Notes under the pieces: model-generated
What the model was told of the DNA's origin: nothing
What the model saw: only the letters and a program-made list of their open reading frames with translations
Databases searched by the model: none
Origin: Candidatus Buchananbacteria bacterium
GTDB lineage: Bacteria; Patescibacteriota; Patescibacteriia; 2-01-FULL-39-33
Assembly (NCBI GenBank): GCA_030650095.1
Contig: JAUSEE010000001.1
Span: forward strand, 8,199-72,198
Length of the DNA stretch: 64,000 bases
Reading direction: 5' to 3'
Translations under genes and position numbers: made by a program
Shown here: positions 31,789 to 41,760 of the stretch, in pieces
How the letters are laid out: each line of letters begins with the position of its first letter
Numbering within the stretch: position 1 is the stretch's first letter

Positions 31789-31803
31789 TATTTATCGTTT
31801 AGC

Positions 31804-31830
31804 AAAAAATCCGCTTTAAGCGGATTTTTT
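31804..31830 (+). terminator. Intrinsic terminator after clpC
   Basis: AAAAAATCCGCTT-t-AAGCGGATTTTTT. Confidence 0.8.
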
Positions 31831-31847
31831 AATAACAGAAATTTTTT

Positions 31848-32267
31848 GTCATCCCGAGCCTATCCTTACTGTCATTGCGAGGCACGAAGCAATCCCGTGT
31901 GATATGAATATATCTGTCATCCCGAGCGTAGTCGAGGGATCCCTTTTTATTTAATATATAATTCCTCTTGTTACTTTTGGTCCGCCAAAAGTAACCAAAA
32001 GCTCGCGAACGTAAAAAATCATATCATTTGGCCTCCCGATATATCGGGAAGCACAATATTTTTTAATGTTCGCCTTATTTTATTATAATTTTATAAATAA
32101 ACATGGCGACAATTGAAAAGACTGTCATTGCGAGGGAGCGGAGCGAACGAAGTAATCTTATGTTTATATCACCTGGGATTGCTTCGCTATGCTCGCAATG
32201 ACTTCTTGAAACATTTTGCGGCCAAAAGGTTTCAAGAGGATATTTGGCGGACCAAAAGTAACAGAAG
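31848..32267. repeat. Composite cluster of nested REP-like and structured repeats
   Basis: GTCATTGCGAG..GCAATC arms; GTCATCCCGAGCGTAGTCGAGGGATCCC; GTTACTTTTGG..CCAAAAGTAAC scaffold; all recur at 39015-39622. Confidence 0.85.
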
Positions 32268-32328
32268 AAAATTTCCTTGGCTTGTTATTATAAAAAATGT
32301 TATAATAAATAAATAATTTAAGGTAAAA

Positions 32329-32982
32329 ATGTCAGATAATTTAGCCCATAAATTAAATAATTTTGGTTTAGGCTCTCCAACCCGTCCGGCACCGGAAAGG
32401 AACGATTTTTATGATTCAACCTCACCGGAATTAGCCCTTAACAGAATGAAATACCAAGCCCGCCAGCCACAGAACGAAACAGCTAAACCGGATAAACCAG
32501 CCAGAGATAATAAGGGTGGAAGCACGGCTAATCAACTTAGCCAAGCTAAAAATATCGCCACCAAAGCCCTGTCCGGCGAGGGTGATACTGAAGAAGTTGC
32601 GGAATTAGGAGCTAAAACCGGAACAGCCTGGCTTTTAACCACCCTCTGGGGCTCAGTTTGGCTTGACTACACACTACTGTCCCTTTTGGGACTAAACGCC
32701 ATGTTGGTTGTTTCTCTGGTTTTGCCCAACTATGTCTGCCAATTCGGCGACGATTATCTAATAGGCAAATGGATACCCAGCAGGGATTTAGCCAAATGGA
32801 CAGAAATAATCATACTCATGGTTATAAATGTGATGGTTTTCTCAATTATTATCATATCGGTAGTGTTTATTTATAAGCTAGTCGCTTGTGGCACATGGGA
32901 TCTCTTCAATATTGCTCTATCTGGAGTATTGCCAGGCGGAGATACTGTTCTTTCTGAAGCGCAAAAAAGATGTTTTCAATAA
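32329..32982 (+). CDS. Hypothetical membrane protein
   Basis: 217-aa ORF, hydrophilic N-terminus and 2-3 TM segments; TG-TATAAT promoter upstream. Confidence 0.7.
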   Translation: MSDNLAHKLNNFGLGSPTRPAPERNDFYDSTSPELALNRMKYQARQPQNETAKPDKPARDNKGGSTANQLSQAKNIATKALSGEGDTEEVAELGAKTGTAWLLTTLWGSVWLDYTLLSLLGLNAMLVVSLVLPNYVCQFGDDYLIGKWIPSRDLAKWTEIIILMVINVMVFSIIIISVVFIYKLVACGTWDLFNIALSGVLPGGDTVLSEAQKRCFQ

Positions 32983-32999
32983 ATCAATAACTTTAAAAT

Positions 33000-34250
33000 A
33001 TGAATTTAGATTGGAAAAAAATAGGCATTATCGCTTTATTCATCGGCGCTGTAGTTTTGTTTGGCTTTTTTATTTATTACTTCTTTTTCCGCCCGTTATT
33101 TTTGCCGACCGCTCCTGGAGATGAAAATATCAACCAAGTAAACGGACAACTGCCGGCCACTGTCAATATCAATGGGCGAATATATATCGTAGATTCCAAT
33201 ACCGGACTGCCGATACTCAATGCCAATGCCGATGATATAACTAATATTCCTACAAGCGAACAGCCATCAGCCACGGCCCAAGGCGGCCTAACCCAAGTTA
33301 GCCAACTAACCAATTCGCCGTCGCTTTTTTCGGCCACCTATAACAACGGCCAAGTAATTTATTACAACCCCAAAGACGGAAAATTTTATGTTATTTCCGC
33401 TGATGGAACAATTAAAGAGTTTAACAGCCAGGTATTTCATAATGTCAGCCAAGTGACTTGGTCGCAAAATAGAAACAAAGCTGTCTTAGAATATCCGGAC
33501 GGATCAAATATAATTTATGATTTTACCACCGGCAAGCAATTAACCCTGCCTCAGCATTGGTACGATTTTAATTTTTCTCCCACCGATCAGCAAATAGCTT
33601 TCAAAAGTGATGCGCTTGATCCGGAAAACAGGTTCTTGGCCGTTTCGCAATTAGACGGCTCCCAACCGATTATTTTGGAAAATATAAGTGATCAGGGGGA
33701 TAGGTTTACAGTTAATTGGTCGCCCAACAAACAAATGGTGGCCACCTACTCCCAAGGCAAGGATTTGGATAAATCAGAAATTTATTTTGTCGGCTTGGAC
33801 AACGAAAATTTTAAATATATGCTGGTAGAAGGCCGTGATTTTAGAGGCCAGTGGTCCCCCACCGGGGACAAGATGGTTTATAGTGTTTACAGCTCCAGTA
33901 ACAATTTCAAGCCTCAACTTTGGATTTCCGATGCCAACCCTGATTCCATCGGCAATAATCGCCGCAGCCTGGGATTGGAAACCTGGTCTGATAAGTGCAC
34001 CTTTTCCGGCAATAACAAAGTTTATTGCGCCGTACCGACAATTCTGCCATCCGGAGCCGGCTTAAACGACAAAATAGCCAATAGCATAGCCGATCAGATA
34101 TACGAAATCAATCTAGAAACCGGAGCTAAGACTTTAATAGCCAGTCCTAATGGTGATCATACTATTTACAATATGATTGTTAATGAAAATCTTAAATATC
34201 TGATATTCACCGATAAAAATAACAATAGAATTTATAAAATTAACTTGTAA
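33000..34250 (+). CDS. Membrane-anchored beta-propeller (TolB/WD40-like) protein
   Basis: N-terminal TM; repeated WSQN/FSPT/WSPN/WSPT blade motifs. Confidence 0.75.
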   Translation: MNLDWKKIGIIALFIGAVVLFGFFIYYFFFRPLFLPTAPGDENINQVNGQLPATVNINGRIYIVDSNTGLPILNANADDITNIPTSEQPSATAQGGLTQVSQLTNSPSLFSATYNNGQVIYYNPKDGKFYVISADGTIKEFNSQVFHNVSQVTWSQNRNKAVLEYPDGSNIIYDFTTGKQLTLPQHWYDFNFSPTDQQIAFKSDALDPENRFLAVSQLDGSQPIILENISDQGDRFTVNWSPNKQMVATYSQGKDLDKSEIYFVGLDNENFKYMLVEGRDFRGQWSPTGDKMVYSVYSSSNNFKPQLWISDANPDSIGNNRRSLGLETWSDKCTFSGNNKVYCAVPTILPSGAGLNDKIANSIADQIYEINLETGAKTLIASPNGDHTIYNMIVNENLKYLIFTDKNNNRIYKINL

Positions 34251-34253
34251 AAC

Positions 34254-34331
34254 GTCATTGCGAGGTACGAAGCAATCCTGTGTTTAATAAACCAGAAGAT
34301 TGCTTTGGTCGTTTCACTCCCTCGCAATGAC
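34254..34331. repeat. REP-like palindrome (GTCATTGCGAG family)
   Basis: GTCATTGCGAGGTACGAAGCAATC...GATTGCTT...CTCGCAATGAC. Confidence 0.85.
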
Positions 34332-34388
34332 AAGAAAGCCATTTACCTCGTCATGAACAATGGTATCCTAAATAACCAAAATATAAAA

Positions 34389-35111
34389 ATGCTTAGGCAT
34401 AGAAAACCAAATTATTTAAAATTTATTTTGTTGGTACTGGGAGTTATATTTATTTCTTTTCTAATATTGGCTATGTTCACTCGTCCACTGGAAACAAAAA
34501 GCGATCCCCTGGCTGATGCTTTAAAAAATTTTAACCCCCAGTCAAATATCGAATCATCCAATCTTATAAGTTATGTTAAGAAAAATATCATAACCGAGCC
34601 AACTGTTAACCCTGATTCGCCTGTTTTAGGGCCCGCTGATGCTCCCGTAACCATATTTGAATTTTCTTGCTACGGTTGTCCCGCCAGCCGGGATATCCAG
34701 CCAATTTTAAAAGAGGTACTGGCCAAATACCCGGATAAAGTTAAATTGGTTTGGAAAGATTTAACCCTGCCCGATCTTTACCCTCAAGCCGAACTGGCCC
34801 ATTTAGCTTCCAGATGCGCCCAGGAGCAAAGCAAGTTTTGGCCATATCAAGAACAGCTTTGGCAAAATCAAAATGATTTTTCACTCAACAATCTAAAGAA
34901 AATCGGCCAAGATATTGGCCTCAACGCTTCTACACTAAATGATTGCATCACTAGTAAAAAATTCCAAAACTTAATAGACGCCGATGTCAGCGAGGCTGCC
35001 CAGTTGATGATTTCCGGCACTCCCCATTTTTACATCAACAGCCAAGAAATATTCGGCCTAGCCACTTTGGAAGATTTTGAAACTGTTATAAATGCAGAAT
35101 TAAACAGATGA
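34389..35111 (+). CDS. DsbA/BdbD-like thioredoxin-fold protein (start reassigned; upstream codons lie in the REP)
   Basis: TM anchor, LGPADAPVTIFEFSCYGCPAS, ASRCAQEQSKFW, ISGTPHFYIN. Confidence 0.85.
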   Translation: MLRHRKPNYLKFILLVLGVIFISFLILAMFTRPLETKSDPLADALKNFNPQSNIESSNLISYVKKNIITEPTVNPDSPVLGPADAPVTIFEFSCYGCPASRDIQPILKEVLAKYPDKVKLVWKDLTLPDLYPQAELAHLASRCAQEQSKFWPYQEQLWQNQNDFSLNNLKKIGQDIGLNASTLNDCITSKKFQNLIDADVSEAAQLMISGTPHFYINSQEIFGLATLEDFETVINAELNR

Positions 35112-36013
35112 TTAATTTGATAAACAGAAAAATAATTTTTTATTCTTTTCTATTAATAATTTTGTTATCAACTATTTTTTTTAATTTTAGAGCTAACATT
35201 GCTTCGGCCCAGGATGCAGTAGAAGTTGGATCAACAAAACAACTTTTCGTGCCCAATGTTCCTATAGGAGAATTCAAGGGCGGCCAAATTGATAATGAAC
35301 TACTGGGCAAATACTTTGGCGCTTGGTACAATTTCATCGTCGGCACTGTGGGCATACTAGCTACGGTTATTATTATGTGGGGCGGATTCAAATGGCTCAC
35401 TTCCCGGGGAAACTCAGCCGCCATATCCGATGCCAAAGACCGGATTTATTCAGCTTTAATTGGACTATTTTTAGTTTTTTTGTCTTATACTTTGCTCTAT
35501 CTTATCAATCCCAAATTACTCACCATTAATCTGCCTACGCTGGAAAAAGCCCAAACAGATATTATTGAAACACTTCAAAGGGAAGAACCGCAAGGCCAAG
35601 ATATATCTAGTGGGACTCAAATAGACCGGGCCAAACAAGATGCCAACCTGGCAACTTTTACCGGCCAAGGAATAGATGTTCAAACTCCACAAGTACGGCT
35701 TGACGGCCTAACACCGGAAATTATGAATGTCACCCAGCAAGTCAGAGAAGATTTTGGCCAAGACATAACTGTAACTTCCGGCTATGATCCTGAAAGATCA
35801 AACAGAGATTCCCAGCATATTGTGGGTGAAGCCGTTGATTTAGAAAGAAACACTCCCTTTGATAATTTTATGAGAAATGAAGTGATTGGTAATGCGCCAG
35901 AAGTTTGGAGATATAATGACCAGCCAGCCTATAGAGTTAACTACCATGGAGTAGAAATAATAGTCATAGATGAAACTGTAAATAACTGTTGGCACATAGA
36001 CACTAGATACTAG
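35108..36013 (+). CDS. VirB2/TrbC-like pilin domain fused to a peptidase M15-like domain
   Basis: Pilin core IIMWGGFKWLTSRGN...AKDRIYSALIGL...INP; C-terminal VTSGY..SQHIVGEAVD...WHID. Confidence 0.75.
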   Translation: MINLINRKIIFYSFLLIILLSTIFFNFRANIASAQDAVEVGSTKQLFVPNVPIGEFKGGQIDNELLGKYFGAWYNFIVGTVGILATVIIMWGGFKWLTSRGNSAAISDAKDRIYSALIGLFLVFLSYTLLYLINPKLLTINLPTLEKAQTDIIETLQREEPQGQDISSGTQIDRAKQDANLATFTGQGIDVQTPQVRLDGLTPEIMNVTQQVREDFGQDITVTSGYDPERSNRDSQHIVGEAVDLERNTPFDNFMRNEVIGNAPEVWRYNDQPAYRVNYHGVEIIVIDETVNNCWHIDTRY

Positions 36014-36027
36014 CAATTAAATATTTT

Positions 36028-36900
36028 ATGCTAAAACCAAAAAAATTCTTAGCAGTTGCTCTAATATTATTTTTGATGTTGCCCTTAATTCTAGCAGCCC
36101 AAAGCCCGGACCAAGCAGGAGACCAAAATAGTTGCGACAGCACTGAAGGTTTATGCCTCAATGTGCCCATAGGCAATGTTAAACATGTTTCTGGCTTTGA
36201 GGAATATTTCAAGCTTTGGTATGAATTTATTGTCGGCACTGTGGGCATACTAGCTACGGTTATTATTATGTGGGGCGGATTCAAATGGCTCACTTCCCGG
36301 GGAAACTCAGCCGCCATATCCGATGCCAAAGACCGAATTTATTCGGCGATTATTGGCTTGTTTTTGGTTTTTTTATCTTATAATATTTTAGCTATTATCA
36401 ATCCTAATTTGGTCTCTATAGGCCTCCCCACATTGGGCACGGCTAAAACAGTAACAGTTAGCAGCTCCGGCCGTGGCACTGGCACTGGAAGCAGTTTGCC
36501 TCCATTAGAAGATATAGATACATCGCCGCTACCGGGCTCAATCAACATAGATTACGAATTTATACCAGATGATCCTGAATTAGAAGATTATTGGGAATTT
36601 AATCAAGAAGTTAGATTTTCACCAGACGGCTTGGGCGAATACTGGGCCTCTTGGGATAATATGGGTGACCAGGCAGAAATACTATACTTTTTAAGAGCCT
36701 CCAGAGATTTGGGCATGGACTTTACTATCACCGGAATTCAAACGGGAGAGGGGTTGTTTGAAGTAACTGATAATGGTACAGTTAACCCCGATGATCCGTT
36801 TGATCAAACTTATGTGAGTTTCACACTCGATGGAGAGATTGTGGGTGACATATTGGGAGTCAGGATATCACTGCCCGAGTATTTGCCCAATTTTGATTAA
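36028..36900 (+). CDS. VirB2/TrbC-like pilin with a different acidic C-terminal domain
   Basis: Same pilin core (104 bp identical DNA); divergent C-terminus. Confidence 0.75.
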   Translation: MLKPKKFLAVALILFLMLPLILAAQSPDQAGDQNSCDSTEGLCLNVPIGNVKHVSGFEEYFKLWYEFIVGTVGILATVIIMWGGFKWLTSRGNSAAISDAKDRIYSAIIGLFLVFLSYNILAIINPNLVSIGLPTLGTAKTVTVSSSGRGTGTGSSLPPLEDIDTSPLPGSINIDYEFIPDDPELEDYWEFNQEVRFSPDGLGEYWASWDNMGDQAEILYFLRASRDLGMDFTITGIQTGEGLFEVTDNGTVNPDDPFDQTYVSFTLDGEIVGDILGVRISLPEYLPNFD

Positions 36901-36917
36901 AAATAAAAATTAGTTCA

Positions 36918-38252
36918 ATGAGTAAAATATCTATAGTTCATGAATGTTCCAATTGCGGCGCTCAATTTTCCAAATGGCAGGGCCGTTGCAATGAATGCGG
37001 ATCATGGGGCACGGTCAGCCAGGAGTCAATTAATTTGGAAACAAAAAAAGACACCCTAGTATCGCCTGACAAGCCAATAAACTTTAACGACATTGGCTTG
37101 CAGGAAAAAGAAAGAATTAAAATAGGCCTAGGCGAAGTGGATAGGGTTTTAGGAGGCGGCCTTGTTGCCGGCTCTTTAGTTTTACTGGGCGGAGACCCAG
37201 GCATAGGCAAATCAACTTTGGCCTTGCAAATAGCCCAAGGCGTGGGTGATACGCTTTATATTTCTGGTGAAGAATCAGCCCACCAGATTAAAATGAGAGC
37301 CAATAGATTAAAATCAAATCTATCCGGCTTAAAGTTTATACCGCAAACCAGCCTGGAAAAAATCATCGCCACTATTTTGGATCAAAAGCCAAAATTAGCC
37401 ATAATCGATTCCATCCAAACTATTAATTCGTCTGATTCAGCAACCGGCATCGGCTCGGCGGCTCAAATCACCGCCTGCACTAGCAAGCTGATGGAACTAT
37501 CAAAAAAATCAGGCATTCCTATAATCATCATAGGCCATGTCACCAAAGAAGGGTTTGTGGCCGGACCAAAAACATTGGAACATCTGGTAGACACGGTGCT
37601 GTATTTGGAAAGCGACAACCGGGATTTCTATAAGATACTTCGAGGCGTCAAAAACAGATTCGGCTCCACCGGAGAGATAGGCGTTTTTGAAATGACCGAA
37701 GTTGGACTGAAAGAAGTGATAAATCCAACTAATATTTTTGTCGAAAGCCACAGCTCCCCTGCTTCCGGCACAGCCATATCTATAATTATGGAAGGCACGC
37801 GCGCTTTTCTGGTAGAAATACAAGCGCTGGCCTCCAAAACCAGTTTTGGCTATCCACAAAGAAAATCAACCGGCTTTGATTTAAACCGCTTGCAAATGAT
37901 CATTGCTGTTATTTCTAAAATGGCCAAGATTAACCTGGCCAACCATGATATTTATTTAAATATTGCCGGCGGTTTAAAAATAAAAGAAACAGCTACTGAT
38001 CTGGCTGTCTGTTTGGCCATAGTTTCGGCTTATTTGGAAAAATCAATAAGCCAAAATCTATTGATTTTAGGCGAAGTGGGACTCTCGGGTGAAATAAGGG
38101 CCGTATCACAAATAGATAGAAGGATAAAAGAGGCTTCTAAACTTAAATTTAACCGTATAATCACTGCCAAAAATCAAGCTATCAGAAATGTAGAGGACTT
38201 AGAAATTATCCAAGTGTCTAACATAAGCGAAGCCATTAGAACCATATCCTAA
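36918..38252 (+). CDS. radA: DNA repair protein RadA/Sms
   Basis: CSNC..C..C Zn finger, GDPGIGKST, KNRFG, Lon-like C-terminus. Confidence 0.97.
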   Translation: MSKISIVHECSNCGAQFSKWQGRCNECGSWGTVSQESINLETKKDTLVSPDKPINFNDIGLQEKERIKIGLGEVDRVLGGGLVAGSLVLLGGDPGIGKSTLALQIAQGVGDTLYISGEESAHQIKMRANRLKSNLSGLKFIPQTSLEKIIATILDQKPKLAIIDSIQTINSSDSATGIGSAAQITACTSKLMELSKKSGIPIIIIGHVTKEGFVAGPKTLEHLVDTVLYLESDNRDFYKILRGVKNRFGSTGEIGVFEMTEVGLKEVINPTNIFVESHSSPASGTAISIIMEGTRAFLVEIQALASKTSFGYPQRKSTGFDLNRLQMIIAVISKMAKINLANHDIYLNIAGGLKIKETATDLAVCLAIVSAYLEKSISQNLLILGEVGLSGEIRAVSQIDRRIKEASKLKFNRIITAKNQAIRNVEDLEIIQVSNISEAIRTIS

Positions 38253-38260
38253 ATTATTAC

Positions 38261-38331
38261 TGTCATTGCGAGGCACGAAGCAATCTCATATTTACATTAC
38301 CTAAGATTGCTTCGCTACGCTCGCAATGACA
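38261..38331. repeat. REP-like palindrome (GTCATTGCGAG family)
   Basis: TGTCATTGCGAGGCACGAAGCAATC...GATTGCTTCGCTACGCTCGCAATGACA. Confidence 0.88.
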
Positions 38332-38359
38332 GAAAACGTAAACAGAAGCAGCAAACAAC

Positions 38360-38902
38360 ATGCCTAAAAAACTGCCACAAAATTTTTACCAATCAGATAC
38401 TCTTAAAGTAGCTAGGGAGCTACTCGGAAAATATCTAATCAGAAAAATTGGTAGTAAAAAAATAATCGGCCAAATAATAGAAACCGAGGCTTACTGCGGA
38501 CCAAACGATTTGGCGTCCCATGCCAGTTGCGGACGCACCGCCAGAACAGAAATTATGTTCGGCCCGGCCGGTTATTTGTATGTTTATATGATCTATGGCA
38601 TGTACTATTGCCTCAATATTGTCACCGAAGAAAAAGACAATCCCAGCGCTGTTTTAATCAGAGCCGTGAAACCTGTTGCCGGCTTAGACTCTAAAATCAA
38701 AACCGACGGGCCGGGCAAATTGTGCCGGGCTTTTAAAATTGATAAAAAACAAAATAATACTAAAGTTTTTGGGAAAGAAGCAGAAATCTGGATTGAAGAT
38801 TGGCAGGAGAAAACAAATAAAATAAAATCTTCACCCCGGATTGGAGTAGACTATGCCCAAGAGTATAGGGATAAGCCTTGGAGATTTTATATTGAAGATT
38901 AA
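38360..38902 (+). CDS. mpg: 3-methyladenine DNA glycosylase (AAG/MPG family)
   Basis: VARELLGK, IIETEAY, YVYMIYGMYYCLN, GPGKLC, RIGV..PWRF. Confidence 0.95.
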   Translation: MPKKLPQNFYQSDTLKVARELLGKYLIRKIGSKKIIGQIIETEAYCGPNDLASHASCGRTARTEIMFGPAGYLYVYMIYGMYYCLNIVTEEKDNPSAVLIRAVKPVAGLDSKIKTDGPGKLCRAFKIDKKQNNTKVFGKEAEIWIEDWQEKTNKIKSSPRIGVDYAQEYRDKPWRFYIED

Positions 38903-39014
38903 AAAATTCTGGGTAATTTTTGTTACGTAGCATGCTACGTAACATTTTAGTTTTAAAATATTACTTCTGTCCCATTAAAATACCTTTATGAAACACCATG
39001 GCCTTAGAATATTT

Positions 39015-39622
39015 CTCTTGTTACTTTTGGTCCGCCAAAAGTAACCGAAAGCTCGCGAACGTAAAAAATCATGGCTAAATTTCTCCCCAGCTCACTAAAG
39101 ACAATAATCAAAACAGCGACAGAATATTGTCTTCTTAACGTTCGCTGGTAGGAGAAATTAGCACAATATTTTTTAATGTTCGCCTTATTTTATTATAAAA
39201 CCGGCGACAATTGAAAAATTTAAGGAGAAGGCAAAACGAGAGCACTGCGTTGGCTTATTGTCTATAAGCCGAATCTTCAATGTTTGAGCCCAACCCGTTC
39301 AATAGATAATTAAAGGGGTTGGGCGAGTTTTGAAGATTAGCGGTGCGAAGTTTTAAATTTGACTATAAATTTTTCACTGTCGCGAGTTTTGGGGAAACCT
39401 TTTGCGGCCAAAAGGTTTTAAAAAGAAATTATGTATTAAAAGTCATCTAATCGTCATTGCGAGGGAGCGGAGCGAGTGAAGCAATCCCAAGTAACATAAA
39501 CATAAGATTGCTTCGTGCCTCGCAATAACAAATAAAAAGGGATCCCTCGACTACGCTCGGGATGACAGATATATTTATATTACCTGGAATTGCTTCTCCG
39601 CCCTGGGCGGATCATAATGACA
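39015..39622. repeat. Second composite structured-repeat cluster
   Basis: Scaffold 39015-39418 shares four conserved blocks with 31965-32232; REPs at 39453-39622, partly inverted copies of 31899-31951. Confidence 0.85.
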
Positions 39623-39653
39623 GTAAGCAGATCTAGATAGTTGAATAAAAGTA

Positions 39654-41705
39654 TTACTCCAAATGCGAGCTAAAACTCATACTCTCTAGTTTTTCCCCAA
39701 GTTTGGGAAAATCTTCCAATTTATAATTATCAATAAAATCTTCGGCCGCTGAACTAGCTGATTTGGCTAAAACAAAATCATCCAAAGTAGCTATTTTAAG
39801 GCTAGCCAAGCCCGATTGTTCATAGCCGTAAATCTGTCCGGCGCCGCGGTATTTTAAATCCCTTTTAGCCAATTCAAAACCATCGCTGCACTCGGACATA
39901 ACATTTAATCTTTCCATGGTTTTTAGATCATTACTGTCGCTAAAGAGAAAACAATAAGACTGATAATTATTCCTGCCTACTCGTCCTCTAAACTGATGAA
40001 GCTGGGCCAAACCGAACCTCTCGGCCCCTTCGATCATTATCACGCTGGCATTTTTAACATCAACCCCCACTTCAATAACCGAAGTAGACACCAGCATTTT
40101 GGTTTGTCCTCTGACAAAATCAGACATGGCTTTTTCTTTTTCCATCGGCTTCATTTTGCCATGAAGCAAGCCTATAGCTAAATCAGGAAATACCTGTTTG
40201 TCCAGCTTGGCAAATTCTTCCGTTACAGATTTGGCTCCTAATTTATCCGATGGATCAATTAAAGGACAGACCACAAATACTTGACGGCCAGCTTTAATCT
40301 GCCGATTGATAAAATCATAAGCAGCTATTCTTTTTTCTGGCGGCACAACCTTGGTAATAATTTTTTTCCGGCCCAAGGGCATTTGCCTGACAATAGACAA
40401 ATCCAAATCTCCATAAACAGTCAAAGCCAAAGATCTCGGTATGGGTGTGGCGGTTAAGGACAAGAAATGAGCAATCTTGTGGCTTTTCTGTTTGATCTCT
40501 TCCCTTTGGGAAACGCCAAAACGGTGCTGTTCATCGACTACCACTAAAGCCAGCTGATCAAATTCCACGCTTTTTTGGATTAGAGCGTGTGTTCCTATAA
40601 TAATATCTATTTCTCCTTTTTTACATTTTTCTAAAAATTCAGATTTAGAAACGTTTTCACCGTTTATTATTCTTTGGCTTCCGGTTAATAGACCGATGTT
40701 TAATAAACTGCCTAATAAACTATTGAATGTTTCAAAATGCTGTCTGGCTAATATTTCCGTGGGTGATAAAAAAGCGGATTGTTTTTTATTTAAAGCAATA
40801 TTATAAGCGGCGATAGCGGCTACTATGGTTTTGCCGGATCCGACATCGCCTTCAACCAGCCTGTTCATCGGCAAACCGTTTTTCATATCAATTATTATTT
40901 CCCAAGCGGCTTTCCTTTGATCATCGGTGAGCGTAAAAGGCAAATTGGCTACAAATTCCTTAGTTTCGTTTTCAAAAAAAACTATTCTGTACGATTTGCG
41001 CTCATTAAGCTGTTTTCTTAAAATTTTCGACCAAAGTTGAATAACAAAAAGCTCATCAAAGGCCAATCTTTTTCTGGCCCCATCAATATCATTTTTATTT
41101 TCAGGAAAATGAATATTTTTTACCGCTCGATTTAAGGAGAGCAGGGATTGCTTTTTAACTATGGGAGCGGGCAAATAATCAGCCACATGATTAGCTAAAC
41201 TGATGACGCTTTTTATTAAAAATCTTAACTGCTTTTGGCTTAGGCCGTGAGTTAAAGGATAAATCGGGACTATCCGGGCGGTATGAGTAGGACTTTTGCC
41301 TACTTTTTCATATTCGGGAGAATTGAGATAAACATTAATCAAGTCACCCGACACTTTGCCCGATAAGCTCACTTTATCTCCTGGTTTTAAACTTTTAGCA
41401 ATCCAAGGCTGATTAAACCATATTACTTTTATAGAGCCAGTGTCATCTGTCACCATGGCCTCGATTAAAACCTTTCTTTTTCTAAAACTGCGCCGGCTGG
41501 AAATCAATTCTATTTGGCCGACTACGGTAGCTAAACTATCTATCTCTAAATTTTTGATAGGCGTAATTTTCGAAAAGTCCTCGTAACGGAAGGGATAATA
41601 AAAAATGAGATCGTAGACGGTCTCAATTCCTAATCTTTTCAGTTTTGAATAAGTAGATAATCCTACCTTATTCAACTCTTTAACTTTTGTCTCTAAACTG
41701 ATCAT
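39654..41705 (-). CDS. recG: ATP-dependent DNA helicase RecG (start likely at MISLETK)
   Basis: GDVGSGKT, DEQHRFGV, TATPIPRSL, QLHQFRGRVGR. Confidence 0.97.
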   Translation of the reverse strand: MISLETKVKELNKVGLSTYSKLKRLGIETVYDLIFYYPFRYEDFSKITPIKNLEIDSLATVVGQIELISSRRSFRKRKVLIEAMVTDDTGSIKVIWFNQPWIAKSLKPGDKVSLSGKVSGDLINVYLNSPEYEKVGKSPTHTARIVPIYPLTHGLSQKQLRFLIKSVISLANHVADYLPAPIVKKQSLLSLNRAVKNIHFPENKNDIDGARKRLAFDELFVIQLWSKILRKQLNERKSYRIVFFENETKEFVANLPFTLTDDQRKAAWEIIIDMKNGLPMNRLVEGDVGSGKTIVAAIAAYNIALNKKQSAFLSPTEILARQHFETFNSLLGSLLNIGLLTGSQRIINGENVSKSEFLEKCKKGEIDIIIGTHALIQKSVEFDQLALVVVDEQHRFGVSQREEIKQKSHKIAHFLSLTATPIPRSLALTVYGDLDLSIVRQMPLGRKKIITKVVPPEKRIAAYDFINRQIKAGRQVFVVCPLIDPSDKLGAKSVTEEFAKLDKQVFPDLAIGLLHGKMKPMEKEKAMSDFVRGQTKMLVSTSVIEVGVDVKNASVIMIEGAERFGLAQLHQFRGRVGRNNYQSYCFLFSDSNDLKTMERLNVMSECSDGFELAKRDLKYRGAGQIYGYEQSGLASLKIATLDDFVLAKSASSAAEDFIDNYKLEDFPKLGEKLESMSFSSHLE

Positions 41706-41760
41706 TTGCCAAAAATATGTTACTGACAAATTATACTTGTAGATTTATACCAATAACTAG

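Noticed and set aside
32113-32316. 67-aa ORF and the upstream extension of the DsbA ORF (34305-34388)
   Set aside because: Both are translations of REP palindromes
31848-39622. Possible CRISPR array from recurring palindromes
   Set aside because: Copies are dispersed and irregular, with no constant repeat-spacer period and no cas genes
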